A model generated the notes under the pieces. The model ran no database searches and was not told where the DNA came from. It was given only the letters and a program-made list of their open reading frames with translations. From Bacteroidia bacterium (GTDB lineage: Bacteria; Bacteroidota; Bacteroidia; 2-12-FULL-35-15), in NCBI GenBank assembly GCA_036386835.1, contig DASVUX010000011.1:192291-256290 (forward strand): a DNA stretch of 64,000 nucleotides, given 5' to 3'. The position numbers and the translations under genes were made by a program. How positions within the stretch are numbered: the stretch's first letter is position 1; the number at the start of each line of letters is the position of its first letter. Shown here piece by piece: positions 24,707-34,979 of the stretch.

Positions 24707-26764
24707 ATGACCAAGAGGAATACGATTCTGATCAACCGTGAGTTAAGCTGGCTGGCATTTAATGAAAGAGTATTGCAGGAGGCGGAGGACGAGGCTGTGC
24801 CACTTATTGAACGCATTAAATTCCTGGGGATCTATTCAAATAACCGTGATGAATTTTTTCGCGTGCGTGTTGCCACCCTCAAACGTACTGCCAAACACCA
24901 CAAGAAAGCGGACGGGCTGATGGGTGAACACCCGAAACGCCTATTAGACAAGATCCAGAAGATTGTTATTGAACAGCAGAATAAGTTTGAAACAATTTAC
25001 CAGAAACTGATCCGTGAGCTGGAAACCCAAAACATCTTTATTATAAATGAAACGCAGCTAAATACTGAGCAGGAGCATTTCGTTAAAGAGTATTTCCGTG
25101 AAAAGGTGATGCCCTCGCTTTTCCCTATAATGCTTGGGAACAACAGCTTCCCGTACCTCAAAGATAAATCAGGCTACCTGATCATCAAACTGGGAAGGAA
25201 CAGCAAGACCAAAAAAAGTAAATATGCTCTTATTGAGGTCCCCACAGATGTACATTCGAGGTTTGTTGTTCTTCAGAAAGAAAATGAGAAAACCTATATC
25301 ATCCTCCTGGATGACGTGATCAGGGTTTGCCTAGAAGATATTTTCCCGAATTTCGAGCATGACTATATAGAGGCATACAATATAAAACTAACAAGAGATG
25401 CGGAAATGGATATTGATTACGACCTTTCCAAAAGCCTTATAGAGAAATTATCCAAGGGCCTTAAAGAGCGTAAAAAGGGCCAACCCGTGCGTTTGGTCTA
25501 TGATGCGCAGATCGCGCCTGACATCCTTAATTTCATAATGAAGAAGATCAAGCTGCGGAAAGAAGACAACCCGATTCCGGGCGGAAGATATCATAACTTC
25601 AAGGATTTTATTTCCTTTCCAACTATCGGCCCTCCGGAACTGATATATAAAAGGAACCCTGCATTGAAACATCCAGATCTTGCAGGCCAGCCCAACCTGT
25701 TTAAAGTACTTGCGAAGAAAGATGTACTCCTCACCTTTCCATACCAGTCTTACGAGCATGTGATCGATCTTTTACGCGAAGCATCCATTGATCCTAAGGT
25801 TCAGAGCATCCGCATCACACTATACCGTGTTGCGAAGAATTCCAATATTGTAAAGGCCCTGATCAACGCTATAAAGAACGGCAAGCAGGTAATAGCCGTT
25901 GTAGAGCTCCAGGCAAGGTTTGATGAGGAAGCGAATATTTATTGGTCTAATAAGCTGCAGGAAGAAGGTGCCAAAGTTTTATATGGCGTGCCCGGCTTGA
26001 AAGTTCATTCAAAAATGTTCCTTATTGCCCGGAAGGAAGGCCGAAAAATTAAACACTATGCACACGTTGGAACCGGTAACTTCAATGGTGATACTGCAAA
26101 AATATACACTGACCACAGCCTGCTTACCGCAAACAAACTAATAACAGACGAAGTAGAAAAAGTATTTGGCTTTTATGAAGACAATACCAAACCGGGGAAT
26201 TATAAGCATTTGCTGGTTTCCCCGTTCTTTATGCGTAAAAGGCTTATTCAGCTTGTAAATAAAGAGATCCGGAATGCCAAAGCCGGGAAACCGGCTTACA
26301 TTATCCTGAAACTGAATAACCTTGTTGACCCCGCAATGATCAAGAAGCTTTATGAAGCCAGTTCTCACGGTGTACAGGTAAAACTGATCGTGAGAGGAAT
26401 CTGTTCACTGATAGCGGGGGTTAAAGGACTCAGTGATAACATTGAAGCAATAAGCATCATTGACAAATACCTGGAGCATAGCCGGGTGTTCATATTTTGC
26501 AACAATGAGGATCCGAAATACTTTATATCTTCGGCTGACTGGATGACAAGGAATCTTGATCACCGCTCAGAGGTTGCACTGCCGATATATGATATAAAAA
26601 TTCAGCAGCAGGTAAGAAGCATTATCGATACACTGTGGAATGACAATACGAAGGCACGTATTTTGGGAAGCAAACAGGATAATGAATACCGTAAAAACAA
26701 ATCGGTTACGAGGGTACGGGCACAGGAAGATGTGTACCGGTTGTTGAACCAAAATAAAAAATAA
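24707..26764 (+). CDS. ppk: polyphosphate kinase 1
   Basis: 685 aa. N-terminal INRELSWLAFNERVLQEA; the conserved PPK1 region with the autophosphorylated His (LKVHSKM); a C-terminal pair of PLD-like domains. The ppx gene is adjacent. Confidence 0.9.
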   Translation: MTKRNTILINRELSWLAFNERVLQEAEDEAVPLIERIKFLGIYSNNRDEFFRVRVATLKRTAKHHKKADGLMGEHPKRLLDKIQKIVIEQQNKFETIYQKLIRELETQNIFIINETQLNTEQEHFVKEYFREKVMPSLFPIMLGNNSFPYLKDKSGYLIIKLGRNSKTKKSKYALIEVPTDVHSRFVVLQKENEKTYIILLDDVIRVCLEDIFPNFEHDYIEAYNIKLTRDAEMDIDYDLSKSLIEKLSKGLKERKKGQPVRLVYDAQIAPDILNFIMKKIKLRKEDNPIPGGRYHNFKDFISFPTIGPPELIYKRNPALKHPDLAGQPNLFKVLAKKDVLLTFPYQSYEHVIDLLREASIDPKVQSIRITLYRVAKNSNIVKALINAIKNGKQVIAVVELQARFDEEANIYWSNKLQEEGAKVLYGVPGLKVHSKMFLIARKEGRKIKHYAHVGTGNFNGDTAKIYTDHSLLTANKLITDEVEKVFGFYEDNTKPGNYKHLLVSPFFMRKRLIQLVNKEIRNAKAGKPAYIILKLNNLVDPAMIKKLYEASSHGVQVKLIVRGICSLIAGVKGLSDNIEAISIIDKYLEHSRVFIFCNNEDPKYFISSADWMTRNLDHRSEVALPIYDIKIQQQVRSIIDTLWNDNTKARILGSKQDNEYRKNKSVTRVRAQEDVYRLLNQNKK

Positions 26765-26768
26765 AACA

Positions 26769-27674
26769 TTGAAATTCGCAGCTATAGATATCGGGTCGAA
26801 CGCAGTAAGGTTATTGTTCTGCAATGTTCATATTCATAATGGAAAGACATCCATTAAAAAGGCGGAGCTTATTCGTGTCCCGATCAGGCTTGGTGAGGAT
26901 TCTTTCATTAATAAAAGGATCTCGGTAAAAAAAGCCGACAAGCTTGTGAAGGCAATGACTGCATTCAGGAACCTGATGGACGTTTATGATGCGGTGGATT
27001 ACCGGGCATGCGCCACTTCCGCAATGCGGGATGCCGATAACAGGTATGAAGTGGTGGAGCGGGTAAGAAAGGAAGCGGGTATAAAAATAGAGATCATTGA
27101 CGGAAAGACAGAAGCTGATATTATTTACTCCAGTCACATCACCCAGCATCTCGATAAGGACCAGAATTACCTTTATATTGATATTGGAGGAGGCAGCACC
27201 GAACTTACATTGTTTTCAAAAAACAAGGCGGTTGCCTCGCAGTCTTTTAACATTGGAACTATCAGGCTGCTTCATGACCAGGTGGATAAGGATTACTGGG
27301 GCTATTTCAAGAACTGGGTGAAAGAGATCTCGGCCGGTTACAGCCCTCTTACCGCGATTGGCTCCGGAGGAAATATCAACAAGCTTTATAAGATGACCTG
27401 CAAGAAGCCCGGGAAACCTTTATCTGTTACAAAGCTGAAATCGCTTTGCGAGCTTATTGAATCTTACACTTACGAAGAACGCATCCAGGAGCTTGGCATG
27501 AACCCTGACCGTGCAGATGTTATTATCCCTGCTTCCAGGATCCTTCTGACTGTCCTTAAAAAAGCGGAGATCGAAAAACTCATTGTTCCGCAAATCGGGC
27601 TCTCAGACGGCATGGTACACCAGCTGTATGAAAAGCACCTGGAAAAACTGATTGTCGAAAAAGATCTGAGCTAA
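26769..27674 (+). CDS. ppx: exopolyphosphatase / guanosine pentaphosphate phosphohydrolase (Ppx/GppA family)
   Basis: N-terminal AAIDIGSNAVRLL (ASKHA fold phosphate-1 motif) and YIDIGGGSTEL (phosphate-2). 301 aa; 4 bp downstream of ppk. Confidence 0.85.
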   Translation: MKFAAIDIGSNAVRLLFCNVHIHNGKTSIKKAELIRVPIRLGEDSFINKRISVKKADKLVKAMTAFRNLMDVYDAVDYRACATSAMRDADNRYEVVERVRKEAGIKIEIIDGKTEADIIYSSHITQHLDKDQNYLYIDIGGGSTELTLFSKNKAVASQSFNIGTIRLLHDQVDKDYWGYFKNWVKEISAGYSPLTAIGSGGNINKLYKMTCKKPGKPLSVTKLKSLCELIESYTYEERIQELGMNPDRADVIIPASRILLTVLKKAEIEKLIVPQIGLSDGMVHQLYEKHLEKLIVEKDLS

Positions 27675-28144
27675 GCCAGGTAATCCTTCCACTTTTCGGA
27701 TTCAGCAACCGTTTTCAGCAATTGATTTCTTTCCATTAGGAATTTCTGAAGATACCTTTTGAGAACAAGCCTGGAGAATAATTTGCCCAGCATCCCGAAT
27801 GGCGCCTCAAAGAAAAAATCATCTTTCATGATTGTCCTTCCACCATTCCATTCGAAGAAATGCTTGTGTTCTATCTTTTTAAAAGCACCTTTAAGCATAC
27901 GGTCTTCAAAAAAGAAGGGCGGATCCATGCCTGTTATGACTGATGTTAAATTCTGATACACACCAAAATGTTTGGCTCTCCAGGTGACCTGTTCATCCTT
28001 GCTGATGAGTCCGCTTGTTTTACCTGCAATTGCTTTCTCGTTTGTATGCGATGTGGTGATCACATGAAAATCAATGCTCCTTGCCAGGTCGAAGCAGCGT
28101 TCCACCGGGGCGTTGATAATTGTTGTCAGTTGTATGCGCGGCAT
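27671..28144 (-). CDS. SRPBCC (Bet v1-like / polyketide cyclase-dehydrase fold) family protein
   Basis: 157 aa with N-terminal IQLTTIINAPVERCFDLARSIDFH, resembling SRPBCC family proteins. Family assignment is by pattern only. Confidence 0.55.
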   Translation of the reverse strand: MPRIQLTTIINAPVERCFDLARSIDFHVITTSHTNEKAIAGKTSGLISKDEQVTWRAKHFGVYQNLTSVITGMDPPFFFEDRMLKGAFKKIEHKHFFEWNGGRTIMKDDFFFEAPFGMLGKLFSRLVLKRYLQKFLMERNQLLKTVAESEKWKDYLA

Positions 28145-28147
28145 TCT

Positions 28148-29065
28148 TTATTTTTTAACAAGGTCATTAATAGCTGATTCCGCTGTATTAAAACGAAATG
28201 TAAACCCTTCGGACAATAGTCTTGCAGGAACAACCCTCCTGCTTTTCAGCACGAGCTCCGTTTCCGTGCGCAGGACAAATGCGCCAATTTCAAGCATCCA
28301 TTCTGTTGCCGGAAGCCCTATTATCATACCCGTCCGTTCCCTCAGCAATTTCATAAAATCTTTGTTAAGAATGGGTTCAGGAGCGGCAAGATTATAAACG
28401 CCTGACCGGTGGTTCTGTATAAAATAAATGATTGCGTTGATAAAGTCCACCTCGTGGATCCAACTGATGTATTGGTTACCTGACCCCATTTTTCCACCGA
28501 GGCCTGCCCTCACAAGCTTTTCCAGAACTGGCATCACGCCACCTGAGCGGCCCAGGACCATCGAGATCCGCAGGGAGACTTTATGCGTTAACGGAGTATG
28601 CGCTTTATTAAATGCATCCTCCCATTGTTTACATACCTCAACAGAAAAACCACTGCCCATCTCTCCATCTGATTCGCTCATCTCTTTATCTTCCGCATTC
28701 CGGTATATTGTGGCTGATGCTGCATTGATCCACATCTTTGGCGGGGAAGCCGACTTCCGGATAATTTCTCCAAGAATTTTTGTAGCATTTACACGCGAGG
28801 AAATGATCCCGGCTTTATTCTTTTCGGTATAGCGGCAGTCAACGCTTTTCCCTGTAAGATTGATAACTACATCGGAAGAATCTATTTCTTTCGCCCAGCT
28901 GCCTGTAGTTTTACCGTCCCAGTTCAGATAACGGACATTACCGTCCTGCCGCTCCGGCCCCCTTGTAAGTACAATTACTTCCTGGACCGAATTACGAAAA
29001 TGCTTTATAATTGCATTTCCAAGAAACCCTGAACCACCGGCCAATAGTAGTTTATTTAATTTCAT
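28148..29065 (-). CDS. NAD-dependent epimerase/dehydratase family protein, YfcH/TIGR01777-like (SDR39U1)
   Basis: N-terminal Rossmann motif LLAGGSGFLGNAI; size 305 aa; a C-terminal DUF1731-like region. Confidence 0.7.
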   Translation of the reverse strand: MKLNKLLLAGGSGFLGNAIIKHFRNSVQEVIVLTRGPERQDGNVRYLNWDGKTTGSWAKEIDSSDVVINLTGKSVDCRYTEKNKAGIISSRVNATKILGEIIRKSASPPKMWINAASATIYRNAEDKEMSESDGEMGSGFSVEVCKQWEDAFNKAHTPLTHKVSLRISMVLGRSGGVMPVLEKLVRAGLGGKMGSGNQYISWIHEVDFINAIIYFIQNHRSGVYNLAAPEPILNKDFMKLLRERTGMIIGLPATEWMLEIGAFVLRTETELVLKSRRVVPARLLSEGFTFRFNTAESAINDLVKK

Positions 29066-29076
29066 AGCTCAGGTTT

Positions 29077-29511
29077 TTAAACCGGTTTAACAAAACTTTG
29101 TTGTGGGAATCCTTGTGCCTGGCGGGGTTTGGAACCGCTTCTTAATATCAGCAGCAGGAATAAATTAATAAACAGCACGAGCCCAAGTATAAGTATAAAG
29201 CCGCCAAGTTTGGAGCTCAGCACTTCCATGAGACTTTGCAAATTATTCAGCTCTTCGAGCATGTTTGTCCTGGTGACCTCGTTATATCTCCACTCTGCCC
29301 GGATCCTAAGGTTGATAATTGCAAAACCCAGGTTTACCAGGTAGAACCCCACCTGCAGTAATTTGTTTACAGAAAAGGCAAGCTCTGTCTGACCATGGAA
29401 AATATCCACAAGAAAAGCTTTTCCATTGTTATGAAGGGTCCTGGCAACCCAGATCGTCAGCGCTACTGCAACAGGCAGGTAGATGCTGTAAGCTAATACC
29501 GTGTAGTTCAT
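29077..29511 (-). CDS. hypothetical small integral membrane protein (paralog A)
   Basis: 144 aa with 3-4 predicted TM helices. It is paralogous to the next gene (NGKAFLVDIFHGQTELAFSVNKLLQVGFYLVNLGFAIINLRI versus RGRAFLVNTFKGDENTADSLNKVLLAGYYLVNAGYTIMALKV). Confidence 0.5.
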   Translation of the reverse strand: MNYTVLAYSIYLPVAVALTIWVARTLHNNGKAFLVDIFHGQTELAFSVNKLLQVGFYLVNLGFAIINLRIRAEWRYNEVTRTNMLEELNNLQSLMEVLSSKLGGFILILGLVLFINLFLLLILRSGSKPRQAQGFPQQSFVKPV

Positions 29512-29529
29512 GATAGTTATAATTTAAGT

Positions 29530-29889
29530 TTAATTAATATTTATTTGTTTGTTCCTTCTTCCAATAATGATCAGTGTTATTACATTGAAAAGATGCATTA
29601 CACCAAGGGTCAGAATGATTACACCAGCCTTTATACTTAAGACTTCAACCGTTTCCCTGAAGCTTCCGACCGTTTCCCATACTTTAAGGGCCATAATCGT
29701 ATACCCTGCATTTACCAGGTAATAACCCGCTAAAAGCACTTTATTAAGCGAATCCGCAGTGTTTTCGTCCCCTTTGAAAGTGTTGACCAGGAACGCCCTC
29801 CCTCTGCGGAAAAGCACAGCGCCAACATACAATACGATATAGAGCGTTAACAGGAGATAAGAGATGTATGTAAGTATATTGTAATTCAT
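29530..29889 (-). CDS. hypothetical small integral membrane protein (paralog B)
   Basis: 119 aa; same architecture as paralog A; tandem duplication. Confidence 0.5.
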   Translation of the reverse strand: MNYNILTYISYLLLTLYIVLYVGAVLFRRGRAFLVNTFKGDENTADSLNKVLLAGYYLVNAGYTIMALKVWETVGSFRETVEVLSIKAGVIILTLGVMHLFNVITLIIIGRRNKQININ

Positions 29890-29935
29890 GATTTCAAAAC
29901 TTTCAATAATTATTGAAACATTACGGCAAATTTTT

Positions 29936-30442
29936 TTACTTCATCAGCTTCATAAAAGATCCGATGAGCCAGTTCTCATCCGCTTTGATAAGTGTATCCA
30001 GTGTGGTGTCTGCCTTCTTCGCGAAGCGCTCAATTTGTTCCATTGTATCTACAAATGCTTTTACATTGCGGTCACGTTTATCACCATCCACTTTTTTCAC
30101 CTCATCAAGTACCTTGAATATCGGTTCAAGCTCGCGCTTCCTTCTTTCTTTCGCGATCTGCTTAAATACTTTATATATATCCTTTTCGGCTGAAAAATAT
30201 TCTTTGCGTTCACCCGATCTCAGTTCTTTCTGTACAAGCCCCCAGCCGATAAGGGTCCTCACATTCATATTTGCATTTCCCCTTGAAATGTTCAGGTCTT
30301 CCATGATCTCTTCTGCGGTAAGCGCATCGGGTGAAACCAGCAGTAAGGCATGCACCTGTGCCATGGTCCTGTTAATGCCCCAGCTGGAACCAAGGGTTCC
30401 CCAGGCATTTATAAACTTTTCCCTGCTTTCTGCTAATTTCAT
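29936..30442 (-). CDS. GbsR/MarR-type winged-helix transcriptional regulator
   Basis: 168 aa. FINAWGTLGSSWGINRTMAQVHALLLVSPDALTAEEIMEDLNISRGNANMNVRTLIGWGLV matches the wHTH region of the GbsR/OpcR-like family (MarR_2). Confidence 0.6.
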   Translation of the reverse strand: MKLAESREKFINAWGTLGSSWGINRTMAQVHALLLVSPDALTAEEIMEDLNISRGNANMNVRTLIGWGLVQKELRSGERKEYFSAEKDIYKVFKQIAKERRKRELEPIFKVLDEVKKVDGDKRDRNVKAFVDTMEQIERFAKKADTTLDTLIKADENWLIGSFMKLMK

Positions 30443-30526
30443 TTACAAAAGTATTACAGTACAAATGTAATATCTATTCGGAACTTTCAAAACTTTCTGA
30501 AAGTTTATTTTAATTTGCCAATAAAA

Positions 30527-30548
30527 AACCCCGGGGTCACCGGGGTTC
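30527..30548 (-). terminator. rho-independent terminator after the 1438-aa type-B cargo gene
   Basis: Palindromic hairpin aaccccgg-ggtcac-cggggtt. On the minus strand a uuuuuuauu tract follows it, 3 bp after the stop at 30552. Confidence 0.6.
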
Positions 30549-30551
30549 TTT

Positions 30552-33500
30552 TTAATTGCTCAGGAGCTGAATATAACCCTGCTTATCGTATTCGGTTTCG
30601 TTTCTTGTCTTCGCTTTTAAGATATAGAAATATGTACCATCCGAACTGCCTGAACCGTTCCAGCCCTGATCCTGGTCAGTGGACTCGAACACCTTGTGTC
30701 CCCAGCGGTTGAAGATGCTTATCGAATAGGAAACCAGTCCGTTTGATTTTACTTTAAATTCATCGTTGATACCATCCCCATTAGGAGTAAATACGTTTGG
30801 AATGATAACCTGGCAATCATTTGTAACTTCGTAAATCACTGTATCGCTGCTGAAATTACCACAAAGGTCCATTACCATGATCTCATACATGTTAACGCCT
30901 TCCTGCGTGGCCATAACCGTTGCATTAGCTTGGTTGGAACCGGAAATAGTATCTGTTATGATTCCTGATATTATTGACCAATTGAATACATTTCCACCGA
31001 AACCACCGGTAGTTGTTGAGTTCAATAATAATGGCTCGTCAACACAAACGGCCCCATCAGGTCCCGCTGTTACAACAAGCGGTGTGGCTGTAAGAACGTT
31101 CACAGTTACGCTGTCTGTCACAGGGTCGGCACACGCTGCAGTTCCTGTAACAGTGTAAGTTATCGTAGATGTGGCACCGGACACGGTAGTAGCACCGGTT
31201 GTATTGGATAATGCAGTGGCCGGGCTCCATGTATAATTTGTTGCGCCAGTAGCAGTAAGAACATTCGGTACTCCAGGGCATGCAGTAATGTCCTCTCCTG
31301 CGTCCACAGTCAATATCACTGAATTAGCAGCAGTTACCGTAACCACATCAGAAACAGGATCCGCACAGGCAGCTGTTCCTGTAACCGTATATGTAATTGT
31401 GGTCATAGGGCTGGACACCGGGTTAGCGATGGTTGTGCTTGAAAGCGCTGTAGCCGGGCTCCATGTATAGCTGGTCGCACCTGTGGCATTCAGTGTTGTT
31501 GAGGCGCCCGGGCAAACAGAAACATTACTGCCGGCATCCACATTTAGGATTACCGAATTGACCGCATTAACAGTTATGCTGTCGACCTGGGTAGGAGCAC
31601 AAGGCACATTGGCGGTAACTGTATAGGTGGTGGTTGTATTGGTTGTCGCTACAGGGTTGGCAATTGAAGGATTTGAAAGGGTTGCAGCAGGGCTCCAGAC
31701 ATATGTTGAGGCTCCTGAAGCGCTTAATGTTGTTGGCGTGCCGGGACACACGGTTACATCTGCACCTACAGTTAAAGTAAATGTTGCAGGTGGCAATGCG
31801 ATCACACTGATCGTAGATGTATCTGCACAACCGCTCATGTTGTCTGTAACTACTAAGGTATAAGTTGTATCACCCGGAACAAATGCCCCTGTGCTCTGGG
31901 AAGTCGGGCTTGCTATCAAAGGATTTGGTGACCACAGATACGTAAAGTTGGCGGTATCAGCAGTTCCTCCGCAATGATGGAACCGGATCTGCGGATGTGC
32001 CATGGCCGTCTGTGGGAACGGGTTAAGAGTTGAACATTGCTCATCAGAATCGCTTAACGAATAGATCGTAGAAACATACGTGGTGGCATCATTCGTTGTA
32101 ATACAGTTATTCGTGTAGTTTGAGCCCGGATTTAACTCGCTGAAGCAAACCTGTACAATCACATTTGATATTCCGTCCCACTCGAATGAACCGGTAAACG
32201 GATGTGCATTCCAGCCTGTTGTAACATTGTAGGTTGCCGCAGGGAACACGGTCATGATACCAGGTTCAAAATCTGTAGCGCTGCTTGGGAAGCTTGTTAA
32301 ATTGGTACAGGTCATTCCTATTGAAAAATTGTGATAGGTGGAGATCCCGTTTATGGAAACAACATTGAAATCGATCTGTTCGATCTTTCCGCCCGTGATC
32401 CCTGCAGCATTTAATTCAGCTGCTGTATAAAGGTATTGCTGGCGAACCGATGTATACCAGTTTCCATATGGTGCAGGGTACGTGGTTGTAGTGTTGGATC
32501 CATTACCTGCACCTACAGTACCCGCTACTGCTCCTGAACATCCTACCGGGCTTACACCGCAAACTGCAGGAACTGCAGCTCCGAAATTTGCATGCAGCTG
32601 GATGGAATCACCAAGGCAAGCCGCAGAAGTGTAGCTTAATGTAGGATCCGGAGGGTAAGACGGTATTATTGTGATTATTGTAGTATCGAGCTTCACGCAG
32701 CCAACACTATTCGTGATCGCTACGTAATAATTATAAGTGCCCGGGGTGGTGATAGTGGCCACAGGATTCGGGATAGTGGTGCTGCTCAGGTAAGTTGCAG
32801 GGCTCCATGAATATCCATAAGTTCCGGTCGGGTTCACAACCGTATTTAACTGGATTGGATTTGCAAGACAGGATGTAGCTGTGCTTTGTGTTGTAGTAAA
32901 TGTATAATCAGGAGTAACGAATACTGTTACGGTATCTATATTGATACAGGTCCCTGTAAGATCACTTGTGACGATATACGTAGTAGTATCTGTTGGTGTA
33001 GCAACAGGATTAGCACACGGATTACAGGAAAAATTTGTTCCTACAACAATCGGAGGTCCGCTCAGTACCGTCCAGTTAAAGGTTGTTCCTCCTGTAGCGC
33101 TCAGGTTAGCACTTTGATTTCCGCAAAGAACCGTATCGCTGTTTGCAATTGTTCTGATCGCAGGCTGCACCAAAGCAGTAACGGTATCTTTTTTCTGGCA
33201 ACCAAAAGGACTGGTAATATTCACATAATAAGTAAATGTCCCGGCTGTGTTAATTGTCGCTGTAGGATTTGCGATAGAGTCATCATCAAGATCCGTTGAT
33301 GGCGTCCAATAGAAATCATAAGTTCCGGCCGGTGAACCTGAAACATTGAACTGTACAGATTGATCAAGACAAAGTGATGCCGTGCTTTGAGTGGTTGTAA
33401 AACTGAAATCCGGAACAACTGTAACGGTTACTGTATCCTTATTAACACAGGTTCCGCTAAGGTCACTGGTTACTTCATAAACAGTGGTCACTGATGGTGT

Positions 33501-34841
33501 GGCAACAGGGTTGTCACATGGGTTACATGAGAAATTAGTTCCTATTACTATGGGATCACCGCTGATTACCGCCCAGTTGAAGATGCTTCCGCCTGTGGCT
33601 GCGAATGTCGCAGACTGCGGCCCGCAAATGATCTGGTCAATTCCGCCAAGTGTCCTTGGCTGCACCTGGATGTCGTAAACAAATGTTTGCTGACCCGGTA
33701 CCGGGCATGCACCGTCATTTACAGTAATGCTGAACGTAGTATTTGTATTTGCAGTTCCTCCCGGAGCTGTCCAGCTTATCGTGGCAACAAGAGGATTTGA
33801 ACCAGAAGTTGTGATCACTGAACCCGGAAGCACAGAGGCAAGATTGGATATGATAAACAAGCTATCTGCTGAGTTAACGTCTGTAAACGTTGCGTTGAAT
33901 GTAAAATTTGAGCCTTCACATAATTCTATTGAGAATGGCCCTGTTTGCACAGCCGTACCAGTCATTCCGGTAATTGCACCGGCACCGGCATCCGGAACAA
34001 TATTAGAGCAGTTCTGAACGATAAATTGTATATCACGCATTACTGTCCCGATAAGGTTTCCCGCGGCATCGAATTCCTCTACAAGCACAACAACCACAAA
34101 ATTTCCGAGAGTTGTTGGGGTGAACGTAAGCATTCCTGTAAGCGGATCGATCGTAATACCTGGTATTGGGGAGGAAGCAGAATAACCTGGATTGTAAGCA
34201 AGATTTGTGGACGTACCTGTACCAAAATCGTAATCCAGGGCATTCACTAATGAATAGTACAGGGAATCACCGTCTGTTTCCACCACACCGTAACTGTAAT
34301 TTACTGCCTGACCCTGGCATACATAAGGGATCGGCTGTGAGGTAAAGGATGGAGAATTATTACATGGTGCGGTAACACTGTTTATGGTTGCTTCTATATA
34401 ACTTCCGAAAGAGGAAGCATTTACAAGATTCAATACCGCATTATTACGGCAGCAAACATTCCATTGGGCAGTCCATGTATCACATGGAGGAGCAAGCGTT
34501 ACTGTACCGGTGAAATTGAAGACCCACATACCCGGTAAACTACCTCCGTTACAGGTACTGTTATTCAGCTGTGTAGGACAAAGCTGTGATATTTCCGTCC
34601 CGCCCGGGTTAAGAACATTTACTGTTGTGGTCATTGTCTGGCCGCATGTACTGGTAAAAGTTATTGTCTGCGTTGCACCCGGATCAAAGCCAAGACAATC
34701 AACAAACAGGTTTAAGTTGATCTGGTACTGGTTATTACCAAGACAAACATAACTAAGATCACCTCCTGCAATGTGGGAGGCTTTAGCCGGGTTAATTAAG
34801 AAAATGGAAAGGAAGAAAATGGACGCAATTATTTTTTTCAT
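30552..34841 (-). CDS. large secreted protein with type-B T9SS C-terminal domain (gliding-motility-associated CTD, TIGR04131-like) and many Ig-like/PKD-like repeat modules
   Basis: The start is refined to MKKIIASIFFLSIFLINPAKA. C-terminus VIIPNVFTPNGDGINDEFKV...IFNRWGHKVFEST...GWNGS...GTYFYILKAKT...YIQLLSN is the type-B CTD signature. Internal repeats TxxTxTYTVTGTAACADPVxDxVTVxAxNSVIL and others. Confidence 0.8.
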   Translation of the reverse strand: MKKIIASIFFLSIFLINPAKASHIAGGDLSYVCLGNNQYQINLNLFVDCLGFDPGATQTITFTSTCGQTMTTTVNVLNPGGTEISQLCPTQLNNSTCNGGSLPGMWVFNFTGTVTLAPPCDTWTAQWNVCCRNNAVLNLVNASSFGSYIEATINSVTAPCNNSPSFTSQPIPYVCQGQAVNYSYGVVETDGDSLYYSLVNALDYDFGTGTSTNLAYNPGYSASSPIPGITIDPLTGMLTFTPTTLGNFVVVVLVEEFDAAGNLIGTVMRDIQFIVQNCSNIVPDAGAGAITGMTGTAVQTGPFSIELCEGSNFTFNATFTDVNSADSLFIISNLASVLPGSVITTSGSNPLVATISWTAPGGTANTNTTFSITVNDGACPVPGQQTFVYDIQVQPRTLGGIDQIICGPQSATFAATGGSIFNWAVISGDPIVIGTNFSCNPCDNPVATPSVTTVYEVTSDLSGTCVNKDTVTVTVVPDFSFTTTQSTASLCLDQSVQFNVSGSPAGTYDFYWTPSTDLDDDSIANPTATINTAGTFTYYVNITSPFGCQKKDTVTALVQPAIRTIANSDTVLCGNQSANLSATGGTTFNWTVLSGPPIVVGTNFSCNPCANPVATPTDTTTYIVTSDLTGTCINIDTVTVFVTPDYTFTTTQSTATSCLANPIQLNTVVNPTGTYGYSWSPATYLSSTTIPNPVATITTPGTYNYYVAITNSVGCVKLDTTIITIIPSYPPDPTLSYTSAACLGDSIQLHANFGAAVPAVCGVSPVGCSGAVAGTVGAGNGSNTTTTYPAPYGNWYTSVRQQYLYTAAELNAAGITGGKIEQIDFNVVSINGISTYHNFSIGMTCTNLTSFPSSATDFEPGIMTVFPAATYNVTTGWNAHPFTGSFEWDGISNVIVQVCFSELNPGSNYTNNCITTNDATTYVSTIYSLSDSDEQCSTLNPFPQTAMAHPQIRFHHCGGTADTANFTYLWSPNPLIASPTSQSTGAFVPGDTTYTLVVTDNMSGCADTSTISVIALPPATFTLTVGADVTVCPGTPTTLSASGASTYVWSPAATLSNPSIANPVATTNTTTTYTVTANVPCAPTQVDSITVNAVNSVILNVDAGSNVSVCPGASTTLNATGATSYTWSPATALSSTTIANPVSSPMTTITYTVTGTAACADPVSDVVTVTAANSVILTVDAGEDITACPGVPNVLTATGATNYTWSPATALSNTTGATTVSGATSTITYTVTGTAACADPVTDSVTVNVLTATPLVVTAGPDGAVCVDEPLLLNSTTTGGFGGNVFNWSIISGIITDTISGSNQANATVMATQEGVNMYEIMVMDLCGNFSSDTVIYEVTNDCQVIIPNVFTPNGDGINDEFKVKSNGLVSYSISIFNRWGHKVFESTDQDQGWNGSGSSDGTYFYILKAKTRNETEYDKQGYIQLLSN

Positions 34842-34979
34842 TTGTATTGATTTTGTGTAATAACTCAAAGAAAATTAACAGTTATATAAAACCGATAATA
34901 TATATCGTTTGCTAAAATAGTCTTTTTATTTAAATTACAATGCAGCGGGGAAATTCCAGCTCTCCCCTGCTTTCCCCTA

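Noticed and set aside
34869-34979. Imperfect hairpin gcagcggggaaattccagctctcccctgc between the two large type-B cargo genes, considered as a terminator
   Set aside because: The stem is bulged and no U-tract follows it on the minus strand. The genes are more likely co-transcribed, so it is not called a terminator.
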